Shown here one piece after another: positions 10,791-24,291 of a DNA stretch of 64,000 nt. The notes beneath the pieces were generated by a model that saw only the letters and a list, made by a program, of their open reading frames with translations, had not been told where the DNA came from and ran no database searches. Every line of letters starts with the position of its first letter. Positions within the stretch are counted from its first letter, which is position 1. The position numbers and the translations under genes were made by a program. The stretch is from Octopus bimaculoides (taxonomy: Eukaryota). Where the stretch lies: assembly GCF_001194135.2 (NCBI RefSeq), contig NC_068984.1, positions 49,603,859-49,667,858 on the forward strand. Direction: 5' to 3'.

Positions 10791-13180
10791 AGTTGTTTAA
10801 TTAATTGAACAATCTACTCCTTGAATTAGTGTGTAAGTGACTGAACATTCTACAGACAAATATACTCATAGCATAATTCTCAGACAGAATTAGAGTGAAA
10901 CCATGCGATATGGCTCAACGTTACCTTTCTCACTCAAGCCAACAGATTCTGACAGTTTCCATCTACTTAACTTCATTCACAATACATCAGTTAACCAGGT
11001 CTGTGGTAAAATCCACATGCAAAAAGTTCCACGTTGTGGAATTATTTCAAGGATCTCATGATTTTAAAATAGTTTTCTTAACTATTCTGCTGTGTAGTGT
11101 CCATATATTCATTTATTTTAATTTTCCATGCTAGCATGGCTTAAAAGAGGTGTTGTTTTACTGCCAAATGCCATTCTTGTCACTAAACTTGATCTGTTTT
11201 TCAAGTAAGGGATCTCTTGTTTCCTAAGTCTTCAAAGAAGTGAAGACATCAGATGATATATTGACAGTGAATTTATTGACTGGGTAATAACTGCAATGTC
11301 ACTGTTTGTAGCTGAGTGATTTTTCAATGAAGTGCAGATGCAAACAAACATACAGAAAAGCACAAGAACACATATACTCGAATATATATGGGTGTGTATG
11401 TGTGCATACACACACACACACACACCCTGATAGTGTCTATTTTTTGTACCCATCCCCAATCTGCTATAATTAATGAGGTTCTTTTGGAAATTGTTTGCCT
11501 AATGCCTATTTTCTTCACTCTTAAATTTATAGCCATTGCTTACATCTTGTGCCGATAATTGACACCTTATAATAACTGACTCACCTTCAGCTACCCAACC
11601 TCTCGTGCTCTTCTCACCCCTCTCTACCTTTATACCTATATAACTCTACATCTCTTTCTCATTCTAATTTACAGAAATTATTTATTTTTATGAACACTAT
11701 CACCCCTAAGCAATTTGCCCAGTTTTTCTGATGAAATCATGGCTTTGTTGCATGGAGTAACCAAAATCTGTGCTTATTAATACTTTTTTCTTAATTTCCA
11801 TGTATACTGACAATACTCCTCAATATCTAATATTTGCATATTAGATATAGTTATATCAAGCAGTAATCGATTATCAGAAACAGCTGTAAACATAAGACTT
11901 GATAACATCATGTAAATTGTTTGCAACTTTTCATACAAATACATTCCTTATGCCTAGTATTGTTTGTCAGTCTTTCTACTTCAATATCTGTTCAATGTTG
12001 ATTGTTCTTCTAGCCAACCTTCTATATCTGGATGACTTTAACTTGAAGAAGTTAAAGTTTAAGATTTGGTTTTCTCTGAGCTCTGCTTGATTACTGTCTA
12101 TAACGTGCTTACATAAGTATTTTATAATTTTATAACCAATTGTTTCATATACACACACACACACACACACACACATAAATTTAGATAGATAAATACATAG
12201 ATAGATGTGTGTGTGTGAATGTTAGGGGATTTGTATTATTCTTTGTCTTCACTTGTGTATAAGGATTGTAAACAAAGTCTCACCTTTCAAACAGTGACTG
12301 TTATATTTGCTTGCAGTCCATGATGGATATGTCTGAGTGTTTCTTGATATATCTTCCCATATTACATGCTGTTCTGAGATGAAAATCTTTCCATTCATAG
12401 AATACATTGTCACTTTATTACAGTCCTCTGCAGAGGCATGCCTAAGCTGTTTGATGTTTAATGAACTGTGGAATTTGTTGCTTAGAAACAGGTGAGGATT
12501 GGCAACAGGAAGGGCATTTAGTCACAGAAATCTCTGCCTAAACATAGATTTTTTTTTTTTTTAACCAATGACAGCCTGGAAAAGTATGTTAATTAAAACT
12601 ATGTTAATGATGTTGATCACGTGTATGTGTTTGTATATATTATATATATATATATATGGTGTTGATTTGTTCAACTGAAGGCAGTGCTCCAGCATAGCCA
12701 CAGTTAAATGACTGAAACAAATAAAAGAATGTATGCACACACACACACACTCATTTATACATAGTTTCAGTTTCTACCTCTTAATTCCACTCTCTAGGCA
12801 TTAGTCAGCCTGAACTTATAGTCCACAATACTTACTCAAAGTACCATGTAACAGTATTGAACCTGAAGTTGCATGGTTAGGAAGTAAACTTAAGAAAACA
12901 GTCATACCTGCACCTATAACGTGAAAATTGATTGAACTTCTATTGAAACTCAAACTCCGATCGCTGGTTTCATAGCCTAAGGTATTCACCATACACATGC
13001 ATATTTATAACACACATTTAGATACATATACACACCCACACCCACATATATATATCTATATACATATACATATATATATATATCTTTATGTATTTGTATA
13101 TATATGTATGTATATAGATATATATATATATGTGGGTGTGGTTGTGTATCTAAATGTGTGTACATAAATATATATATATA

Positions 13181-13278
13181 TCGTCGTCGTCGTCGTCGTT
13201 TAACGTCCGCTTTCCATGCTAGCATGGGTTGGACGATTTGACTGAGGACTGGTGAAACCAGATGGCTACACCAGGCTC
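13181..13278 (-). mobile_element. Short 5'-truncated RTE LINE 3' end
   Basis: (tcg)n tttaacgtccgctttccatgctagcatgggttggacgatttgactgaggactgg, nearly identical to the copies at 44293, 46953 and 52358. Confidence 0.8.
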
Positions 13279-13303
13279 AATATATATATATATATACATA
13301 AAG

Positions 13304-13376
<73 letters not shown>

Positions 13377-14059
13377 TATGGGCACCCTGCTGGTATAGGC
13401 TGGATGGTTACAGCTGGATACCTTCCTTAATACCAACCATTCATTTATATATTTACAAAAATATATACACATATTTATGTACTTATATATTTAGATATAT
13501 ATATATGCATATGTATATATTTGTGTGTTTGTATGTATGTGTGTGTATATATATATATATATCATGCTGATGATATATATATTTATATATATTTATTTGT
13601 GTGTGCATGCATATATTTATGTATGTATATATATATATATATATAACAAACATATATATATAAATATATATATATAAACAAAAAAAAAAATATGTTTATA
13701 TTATTGACAGATATGTGTGTTTGTGTAGGTGCAAAAAATGGAAACTGTGCTAAAAATTATAAATATCAATAAGTGGAAAGGCATGAATAACACCAAAGGA
13801 AGAAAGGACTACAAAGATATGTGGAAATACTTCACTTTCTGACTAAGGCACATGATTTTGTTATGCAAAACATGGTTTCACTCATATGGCAAGCCCCAGT
13901 GATTATAGATATCATCAGGGTGAAAGGTAAAATGTCTTATGAAGTTTTACAACATAACATGCAAAGGACAGTGCCTTACAATGGGAATGAAACAACAAGA
14001 CAAGCAAATATAATTTTAAAACTTTATATAAAAAAAAAAGTGTCTTTCAATTGAGGTTG

Positions 14060-14240
14060 AAACAGACATGGAGAATGTTTGCAAAACCTTAGCTAAGAAA
14101 GATGACTTTCGGGAAAATAACACCTGCAAGAATAAGAAGAGAAATAGGGAGAGTGGTTGTGTTTGAAGTTCAAGAATATAATATGTGCGAGAGAAGCATA
14201 ATGAAAAAACCGGAGGCAGCTTTGGTGTGTTAATACTAGG
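14060..14240 (-). mobile_element. Possible mariner transposase remnant
   Basis: Minus strand shows NASAH-like and HSPYFS segments resembling the mariner HPPYSPDL region; heavily decayed. Confidence 0.25.
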
Positions 14241-14574
14241 ATGCAATGGAGAAAGGAAGGGACGGTGATAGTATATTACATACAGAGAGTATGTATATAT
14301 ATATATATATATATTACAGTGTGTGATTTATTCAGAGCTGAAATCAATTCATTCAAAGAAATTCTTGTTATCCTCATCATTATCATTTTACATTCACTGT
14401 CCATGATGGCATGGGTTGAATAAATCTGCTCACTAGATGGATTAATGGACTGCATCTCACTAGCGTTTCATTTTATGTTGGTTTCTTATGGCTGGTTGCT
14501 TTCCTTATACAAACCACTCAAAAAAGGTGTACTGGGTGCATTTTCATTATGCCTGCACTAGAAGTGTGTATGTA

Positions 14575-14640
<66 letters not shown>

Positions 14641-14882
14641 TATGGAGAGAGAGAAAGCTAGATAGATAGATCCGCAAGCCAGCATATACACAAGCACACA
14701 CATGCATACATGCACCACACATGCACAAACACACATGATTCGCTGCTGTACACTTCCTGATTTCCAGGTTCATTCAGAAGTCATTAGTCAACATAGAGCT
14801 CTGACCTTCTCATGTCTCACAGAGAGAACTAACTCAAAGGCACATATGCATGGAGCAAATTTTAAATCACACCCGAACAACC

Positions 14883-14917
<35 letters not shown>

Positions 14918-15136
14918 CTGTACGTATGTATGCATATGTATGTATGCATATATATGTATGTATATATATGTATGCATATATATATATATATATATGTATG
15001 CATATATATATGTATGCATGTATATGTATGTATGTATATATATATGTATATATATATATGTATGTATATATATATGTATGTATATATATATGTATATATA
15101 TATGTATATATATATATGTGTGCACGTGCGTGTGTG

Positions 15137-15170
<34 letters not shown>

Positions 15171-15189
15171 AATATATATGTATGCATGG

Positions 15190-15830
15190 TGGAAGTCAAC
15201 TCTTGTCTGAGCATGACCATTTTGGGGATGTTTGTATTGAAATCTGCAAAAGGACAAGTGCCAGCTGCAGGGTTGCTGGTCAGCATTGTTTCAACCATCT
15301 TTTCTAGTTATTGTTGATTAATAGGTGAAAGAACTGCTTTGTCACTCTATGCTGTGGAATCTCTCCAGTAGCATAGTTTGTTAAAGAAGTGACCAATAAC
15401 CCAAGCTGCCACATCCCATTTTCAATTACACAGTTCCAGTTGGTGAAGACCATATGTTCGACAATACTCAGTGCCACAAGAATCTTCTGAGAACTTCCTG
15501 TGAAATTGATTATATGTGGGGCAAGCACAGAGCTGAACTCAATTGTCAGGTAGAACAAATTTCCTCCTGCACCAAAATATGTGTGAGTGTATGTGAATAT
15601 ATATATATATATATATATATTTATGCATATATTTACATATATACATATACATGTCCTGGGCCCTGTGACATATGTCTTCAGGTTGTCAAATGAATTGTTG
15701 AAAATATTCCCTGATGTAAGGCAGCTGATGTCACAGACCAAATCCGAATTAGTTGGAGTACTTTTGTGATTTATTTCCATCAACTTGGCTACAGTGGCAG
15801 AACAGCTGGAAGGAAATCTCTTCTTCGATC
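15190..15830 (-). mobile_element. Old LINE (RTE-like) AP-endonuclease fragment, interrupted by a microsatellite
   Basis: Translation GNLFYLTIEFSSVLAPH...NWNCVIENGMWQLGLLVTSLTNY resembles the APE region FY.QLSSVL...W.GVIG..G...NG.LL. Confidence 0.45.
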
Positions 15831-15876
15831 AGTGTATATTTACTTTTGAGATGTGTGTATGTGTGTATGTCTACAC

Positions 15877-16429
15877 TGAAAGAAAGTAAATGGAGAATAA
15901 TAGATCTTTAAATAGTTTATTTGTATGATATGAAAATTGTTGAAATTTTTTATAAAAAGAATACAAATGAATTATGAATTGTAAAGCTCTAAAAGAAATG
16001 GCTGATGCCAAAAGACTACATATATGTTTCAATTCATATCCCTAGTTGATATGTAATTCTTAGCATTTGCTAAGAATTGGTATCATTTTCAACTGTATTT
16101 GGACAGAATCTTGTCAGAGCTTTATGACAAGAATTTGTCTGCATCCTTTCAAGAGATATGTTAACCTTCATTCTAAAAACTCATAAAGCCCTGACAAGAT
16201 TCTGCCCCATACAGTTGAAAATTATATCAATTCTTAGCAAATGCTTAGAATTATGTATCAACTAGAGGAATGAATCAAAACATATATGTAGGCTTTTGGC
16301 ACCTACCATTTCTTTTAGAGCTTTACAATTTATAATTTATTTGTATTGTTTTCATAAAAAATTTCAACATCTTTATATCATACAAATAAATTATTTATAC
16401 CTCCACTATTCTCCATTTTCTTTTTTTCA
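15877..16429. repeat. Long fold-back (inverted repeat), ~250-bp arms, ~53-nt loop
   Basis: The arm gaatacaaatgaattatgaattgtaaagctctaaaagaaatgg...gaatcttgtcagagctttatga matches the reverse complement of tcataaagccctgacaagattctg...ccatttcttttagagctttacaattt. Confidence 0.9.
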
Positions 16430-16639
16430 ATATTAATAATATGTACTAGTATAATAATAACTAACATATCGTTGAGATTTTCTCCTTATATGACAGTGAT
16501 TAACCAGTGGAACTTTTGGATTATTTAATCCTTAATGAGGACCTGACATTCTTGAATTGACTATNNNNNNNNNNNNNNNNNNNNNNNNNNNNNNNNNNNN
16601 NTATATATATATATATATATATATTGAAACAGACTGAGC

Positions 16640-17210
16640 AGTTTCCCCATTTAATCTTGTGTGAAATCAAACACAATGGGTTGATGTTCCAAAGACTTGC
16701 TTCTGTCTGGCAGTGAAAAAGATGCCCAGACAAGCAAGTGCCAATTATACACCAATGTTTCACTCCTCTGTTAAAAAATATTCCAAAGTAGAGTCTTCAA
16801 ACTGAATGATGTCTTTCTGATAAGTGTAGAATGAATGAACAATCCTGAGGTAAATTTGGAGGGCATCCTATCTTGACAAAGATATTGAACATCAAGTGTT
16901 CCAGATGCATTCGGCTCAACTGCCAATATATACTGCTATGCCAGTGTTGGTAAGAAGGAACAGTGTCACAGGACATGAGAGACTGCAATATTGTTAACCT
17001 GTACAAGAACAAATGGGTTAGAAGTGATTGTAACATCTACAGAAGAATCTTCTTAAGCTTCATAGGGAAGTTCTTCAGTTTTGCTATCCCGCAAAGACAG
17101 CAGAAAATCACTGAAAGGATATACTCTGATTTTAAAAGTATAAAAGTAGCTTCAGGTCAGAATGCTTCAAACAGTTACCATGAACTTCTCCCTTTGATAA
17201 CTATGGAAAA
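16640..17210 (-). mobile_element. Old RTE-like reverse transcriptase fragment
   Basis: Minus-strand CDTVP and KIGCPPNL segments correspond to the RTE FDTV...KFGCPPKF motif; frameshifted. Confidence 0.55.
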
Positions 17211-17326
17211 AAAGCAGAGAGCAAAAGCAACTTTGTACACAGATACACACACATATATATACGTACAAATACCTATAAAGATACAAACACACACACACAC
17301 ACACACACATCACACGCACATATATA

Positions 17327-17361
<35 letters not shown>

Positions 17362-17405
17362 ATACTATACACATAGACAGATGTATATGTCATTTTTAAA
17401 CTCAT

Positions 17406-17657
17406 TCTAACAGATTTTCTATAGATTTCAGAGCCAGCACTGGAAGTAACAACATTTCAAATACAAACATCTATGTAAACTTTGTGATCAAAGATAGAAA
17501 AAATAGTAGTGGTGTAAATGCATACTTTTTGAAATATGCATATACACATATTGCCTACATTTTCTATCTTCAGTTACATTGTTTACATAGACATATTCAT
17601 ATATGAAATGTCATAACTTTCAGTGGTGGCTTTAAATTTTATAAAAAAATCTGTAGA
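17406..17657. repeat. Fold-back element, ~120-bp diverged arms
   Basis: agccagcactggaagt/actttcagtggtggct, atctatgtaaac/gtttacatagac, aagatagaaaa/ttttctatctt and atgcata/tatgcat pair symmetrically around ~17530. Confidence 0.8.
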
Positions 17658-18905
17658 TAAACTTACTAATGAGAACATCCCATTGTTAGAAACAATATTA
17701 ATTTGTACGCCTTTAATATATTTTGTCATATATTATGGTTGCAAAACAAAGTACTGTGTCCTTGCTAGCAAGTAATACATACCTACACCAATATATATAC
17801 ATACATATGCATGTACATATATGCATATACATATGCACATATTCATACATGCACGCTCATATATATATGTATTTGTACCACATAATCTTGCCATCATGTA
17901 TTAATTGTAAATGAGTGTCACCATCATACAAGTGGTGTCATTCATTTCCAATACAACATGAAAATATGTCTGGTAAAGGGGAAATGCCATCTTACTTAGA
18001 AACATGAGGAATGGCAAGAAGGGCACCTAACCTTATAAATTCTGACCCTGCAAGCATGAAAACTAGACGTTAGAACAGTGTTGATGACATACACACATAC
18101 ATACATATATTTATATTATGTGTACATATATATATGTGTGTGTGTATGTATTATATACACATATAAATACACACATATAAATACACACATATATATATAT
18201 ACACATATGTAGAAAGCATAAATATATCTATATTATATATGTGTGTGTGTGTGTGAAAGAGAGAGTTTAGACAGACAGATGGACAGAAAAAGAACAGAGT
18301 AGTGTAAGCCTTTACATATTTTATGAATATCTATGTTTCTGGTAGTATGTGTGTGTGTGTGTATGTATATATATGTGTGTGTGCGTGTATATGCATGTAT
18401 GTACATATATATACCTATATATATATACACACATATATACATACACACACACTCACATGTATATATATATATATATATATGTATATGTATGTATATATAT
18501 ATATATATATCCTTGTTACTATAGAACATTCATATAGTTTCACTAAAATAAAGACAACGAATAACTCCAACGTAGCCAGTTTTGCCCTTGTAATTCAACG
18601 AATTTATTTAATATATTTACAAAATTGTTTTCATACACTTGTCCTTGTGGTTACAGGTAAAGACTGAATGCAATGAAACATTTATCAAGTAATTATGTTA
18701 TGAGAGAAAACAAGTTAAATATCAAATACCTGCATAAATATAAGTGAGATGTATAAATCTTTCCTAATTAAAATCTCTTGAACTATCTCTTTACTGAATC
18801 ATTATGAATCAAATAATTGTTTGAAGCTAAAAGCAACTTGAATAATTTGTTAATAAGCATTTGAATTTAACATTATTGTATTTAACAAAATTATATTTCC
18901 ATATA

Positions 18906-19120
18906 AGGCGGCAAGCTGACAGAACTGTTAGCACACCAGGTAAAATGCTGGGTGGTATTTCATCCGTCTTCATATTCTGAGTTCAAATTCCGTCAAGGTA
19001 AACTTTACTCTTCTTCCCTTCTAGGGTCGATAAAATAAGTACCAGTTGAACACTGGGGTCAATATAATTGACTTACCACCTCCCCCAAAATTGCTGGCCT
19101 TGTGCCAAAATTTGAAATCA
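18906..19120 (+). mobile_element. tRNA-derived SINE (second family)
   Basis: ggcggcaagctgacagaactgttagcac...ctgagttcaaattcc (B box)...ggtcgataaaataagtaccagttgaacactggggtc; an inverted relative lies at 55790-55970. Confidence 0.8.
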
Positions 19121-19535
19121 AATTATATTTCCATGTATGTTACTTGTCTGATCATAGATAGCAATCCTTTAGGTTTTTATGTTAAAGATTACAAAATTTG
19201 AGACATTTCAAATTAAATATTATTGATATCTTTAATTTGATTTTCTAGACTTAAAAAATATTTTGCAAACATTCAGTATTTTTTAAATACTTAATAATCA
19301 GCCATAAACCTTACTGCCCAGGTCATCTTTTCAGTCCTTTTTAATCTTTTTATTTGGAAAAAAATCATTTTATTTGGAAAAAAAATTTGTTAAAGTTTCT
19401 TTCTTTTTGTAAATAGTAGCTTATATTATATCTACATTTATTTTGGGAGGTTATATTCATACATTTTCAAAATACTTTATTTAAAGACATGTTAATTAGT
19501 AAATATAGTTTTATGAATTTATACTTGATCTTCAG

Positions 19536-19642
19536 CTCTTTTTAGTAAATTACTAGTTCTAAATATTATTAACAATGAAATACAGAAAGAAATCACCTTA
19601 CAAATCCATATTAGCCTAATTGCTATTATTTATATTATGAAG
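19536..19642 (+). CDS. Candidate exon, unknown protein
   Basis: Acceptor cttgatcttcag, donor AAG|gtaaga; open frame LFSKLLVLNIINNEIQKEITLQIHISLIAIIYIMK. Confidence 0.25.
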
Positions 19643-22600
19643 GTAAGAGATTATTATTATTCCATTTTAGAAAATTTTTATTTTTAATTTTAGAAGTTCA
19701 GCATGATTTTGAATTCTTTCCTTTAAAAAAAGGAGTGTCTTTTTAAACATGCATACAATGGCACAAGATTATGAATGCTTCTTAAAAACAACTCTTGCAA
19801 CTCTTCTAGAAATATACATTATCCACACATGTTAATAGTATAATTATAAAACTTTCATAAAGAACATTCATTTTACATCTAAATATTAAATGATATCTAG
19901 TAAGATTTGTGATGAAATTCTTTGTAGCAATCTTATCTTATATGATAAAAATGATATTATACATAGAAAGGTATACAAGTACTGAGTATCAATTTTGGAT
20001 ATATCTATTTAAGATTACAAGTTCTAAAATATATATAAGCATCCTATCCCCACCTCCCAATTACTTAAGTATTACATTCATCAAAACCTTGTTCTAGCAT
20101 GGAATTCCATAATGTGTAACCTATTTCCCTCTGACTTCCATATAACATGTATGTAATATAGGAGTCTTCAAGAAAATAGATTTTTGCAGTACAAAATTCT
20201 ACATTATGGCAATATTTCCAAAGCTCAATGCTTCCATAATATGGGGGAATGCCTATATTATGCTTCAAAATTCACGATTTATTTACTTCAAAATAAAATT
20301 TGAACAATATTTGATTATAAGAATTACTGTAAAATTAAGAATAAGTTCAGACTAATTATTTTTTAAATTTATAAAAAAATTTGCATTTTTCTAAAAAATT
20401 CAGATTTTTTACTGTGTGGAATTCAGTGGTAAATCTATATTAAAAATCTGTAATAATTATAATAACTATTTTCAGTAAACTCTATTAGACTTCTTCAGTT
20501 ACTTTAAACTTTTTAAGAACAATCTTCTGTAACACCTCATGACACACCACTTCATATGTTTTCCTGACATTACATGTATCTCTCCTTCTACAACAATCAT
20601 TTCAAGCATTATTTCTGTCATTTTCTATCAGCATAATTAGCTTAAAAATTTGAACATTCTACTCTTTGCAAAGAAAAATAAAACAAACAAAAAAGAAAGG
20701 AAAAATGGAATTATTTTTAATATATTTCACTTTCACTTCATACTCTTTTAACAATTTTAGCACCTTCTTTATGCCCATCTCATTTAATATAACCAATATT
20801 CCCACTATGTGTTTTACCTGAACATCAAAACCAACCTACAAAGATATCAACATTTTATTTCAAGAATAAAAAAAATGTCCATGTTCTTAATTATTGTTAT
20901 TATTGTAATGGAAATATCCATGTCATTTTCTAAGACTTTTATCAGAATGTCTTGTAATCTATCACCTTTTTTTATTAACCAATTGTGTTTAATTCTGAAA
21001 ATCGTTTGATTTGATTTTGGGATTGGAAAGTACACTAATAATATCCATTTTATCACATTACTCAGTTCTATCGTAACCAGATAACTTTTGGAAGTTCTAT
21101 AAATTTAACCATTATTATCTTATATATCCATATATATTGGGATGCTAAATATCATATAACCAATTACCAACACTCTCTAGCATATGTCAACATGTGTTTT
21201 GTTGAGTATCTTGTCATGATTCTTTCTCATTCATAAATTAGTCTATATTATCTCATATTAAATTAAGTATTATTATTTCATTATTAATTAAAGTATATGA
21301 ATGGCATGATTAATATTCTCTGTGCAAACAACATTTTAATTGTATTACTTTATTTTGGTAGGTATTTCTTTACAAAGTTTTTCTTTGATTAATTTGGCTG
21401 ACTTTCCATAAGATTTTTAACTTGTGGCTTGCTTGTCATGAAGTCATTAAATTTTTTGTTAATTTAATATTTTTAAGTTCAATACTTAAAGAAAGATTGT
21501 TTGCTTTAGGACAACATGCCAACAGACAAAATGATCTCCAGCAAGAAAATGTATTGCAAATTTTATGTATTTATCTACTTTAAAGTAATAGTTTAGCAAT
21601 ATGAAAAAAGCAGTTAAATGTAGGTGTGTTTGGTGGCAGATAATGTCTGTATAAGCTATAACAAATCATCAAGCTACCAAGCTGGTACTTAGCTCTGGAC
21701 TCATTAGCATTGAATCAATGAAAAATAACTCCTGTTCAGAACACTTGGGAAATGAATTTTATATTCTAAGAAGTACTAGTATGTATTTACTGATTTCTAA
21801 TGGTTTGGTAAATTGAGATATATAAAATTAAGAGTTCTTCTCAAAGATGCTTGCAACAAACAGAAATTCATGATCCATGATGTAATAGTCTATTAATATG
21901 TGACAAAATTGGTAACTACTTTATATTAATGTAAGATAAAATTTTATGAAAATCAAATTTTTCTTTGCAATAGTATTAGTAATTATTGTTATAGTAATGC
22001 CCTTTCCAAGATAGTTACTAAAATTTTCTTTGTAAGAGTAACTGATATTTACAAAATAATATTATTTGAATATCTTATGTTGATTACTATTTCAGACCAA
22101 TAAAGCTAATACATTTTACTTATGCAATTTAATACTACAGAGAATATGAACTTTACACAGTGATATTCTCTTCTAAGACTTTTGACTTTATGCATAAACA
22201 GTAGATTATAACTGCTTTTCTCTAGACACAAAGCCAAGTGTTTGTTATAATGGAATAATATACTCAATTTTATCAGCTTCATTAAAATACTTGTACTTAT
22301 CTTATGTAGAATAGAAGATAAATGCCTGTAACTGAATGCATCTACTTAAACCAGAATTCTATTTATTATTTTTTTTTTTTCAGTCATTTTCACTACACCA
22401 AACAAAGCCAAGATGGTGAAAATGATTGCAATAATAAAATTCTGGGTTTAATGCATTGTAGCAATTAATTTGAAACCTTCCTGTACTAAGTTTAATTATG
22501 CTGTGCCTTTAATTTTGTTACAGACAATAAAATACATTTCAGTAATTTACTAAAGTTGAATATGTTAACAATGCACTTGCTGAAAAATTGCTGTCCTTAC

Positions 22601-24102
22601 ACACATAAAAATGAAACCAATAACAAAATTTAGACATAGATATTTTGATTTTTAATCTTATACATGCATAAGTCCATCCCAGCATGAAGGACGAAACTCT
22701 TATGGCACCCTACCTTAATTAGCAAGCATGAAAGGCCAGAGGAAAGTTTGCACTCCATTACATCTGACCCAGGAGCAAATACTCTCATTGACATCCCACT
22801 CACTTGCTACACTTCTGGTTCATCTAAGCCATAAGAATAGGAAAAAGCATATGCTAAAATAATAAAGATAATGATGATTATATAATGATAATGATGAACA
22901 TATATATATATATATATATATATAAAAGAGCTTTCTTGGTAGTAAAAACATTTAGTGCACTCAAATAGTAAAGGTATCTAGACAGTTTAATACATATATG
23001 TTGTTGAATAGAACTTTAAAAACAACTTATTTTTCAGATTTTTCCCATTATAATGGAGTGAAATTTCCGATTTTTCCCATAATTTGGAGTGAAATTCTCT
23101 GTGAGCATTCAATATACNNNNNNNNNNNNNNNNNNNNNNNNNNNNNNNNNNNNNNNNNNNNNNNNNNNNNNNNNNNNNNNNNNNNNNNNNNNNNNNNNNN
23201 NNNNNNNNNNNNNNNNNNNNNNNNNNNNNNNNNNNNNNATATATATATGTATGTATGTATCTATAAGCATGTATATCTATCTATCTATCTATCAATCTAT
23301 CTATCTATATTAAAACTCTATATAAATTAATAGTCAAAAATTTTATAGAAGTTTCTAATATATACGTTACTTTACAGCTTCTGTTTAGCTAACATTAGAA
23401 AGAAATAAAATGAGATATTTTTTGTACTTAGTACCATATGTTGTCATGACTGAGTGAATAGTGTACTTGATTTGATTTCAGAATTCAGATCTCTTTGCAA
23501 ATGTGTTTCATCCTTAGGCACAATTCTAGCTTAATTATGAATCATTATTCTTCTCACAGTACTTAACTCACCTAAGACATTGCAATATGTCTTAGAGTTT
23601 GTTAGATTTTATTTTAATTATATGTTTATGTTGTAAAAACATCTCAATTTGAAAATCTTGTTGTTTTACATACTTATCTATTGGATATACTCCCTTCATC
23701 ATAATTGTAACTTTGGTGCTTAAGTGTAAAATGTTATAGTTAATTTGCTATTGTTGTTATTGGTTCAAATGATGGTGCTCCAGAAATATTGATGGCATTC
23801 CTTTAATGATAAATGTTAAAAAAAAAAGAGACAAAGGAGTATTTTGCCTGTGATATTAAATTTGTCATTGTTGATGATTTGATGTAAACCTCTCATTTGT
23901 TCCTATTGTATTTTTGACTTATCTGGTTCCATATTTTACCTTGCCATTGGTAAAAACTTTTATACCTTTTAACTGTTGCCTTATTGTGAGAAGTTAAATG
24001 AATATTTCCCTTAAAACTATTGATCAATATATTGTAGAAAATAATTTTGCTACTGCTTAGAATATGTTAAAAAACAATTTCTTATAATTTAATTTCTATA
24101 TA

Positions 24103-24291
24103 CAGTACTGCCCCATTATAGCACAGTCATTGGGGGTTCATAAAATATCATTGGGGTCATACTAAATTGGGGTTCAAGAAATTCAGGTGTTCAAGAAAAT
24201 CCGGAAAGAGCAAAAGAAATGAGTCTAATGACTCATTGCATTATATCCGAATTTGAGCTAAATTGGGGTGCATTATAATGAGGCTGCACAG
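24103..24291. mobile_element. Tc1/pogo(Tigger)-type MITE
   Basis: Imperfect TIRs cagtactgccccattata and ctgtgcagcctcattata (reverse complement); TA on both sides; 189 bp, non-coding. Confidence 0.65.

Noticed and set aside
12284-12427. 144-nt open frame with good minus-strand splice sites (EDCNKVTMYSMNGK…HCLK)
   Set aside because: The DNA (gaggactgtaataaagtgacaat…atgggaaga) resembles the RTE ORF2 3' end and sits beside an RTE 3' UTR fragment; more likely an old LINE remnant, though exonisation is not excluded.
12833-12975. Minus-strand frame GYETSDRSLSFNRSSINFHVIGA… with a gtaagt donor
   Set aside because: Its start resembles a decayed tRNA-SINE head (A/B-box-like), and two alternative donors exist; not supportable.
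14702-15317. Long YIYI/HTHT-rich ORFs, here and throughout the track
   Set aside because: Translations of dinucleotide microsatellites.
20809-21056. Overlapping 66-69 aa ORFs on both strands
   Set aside because: No usable donor before the stop on either strand and no recognisable motif; compatible with chance in AT-rich DNA.
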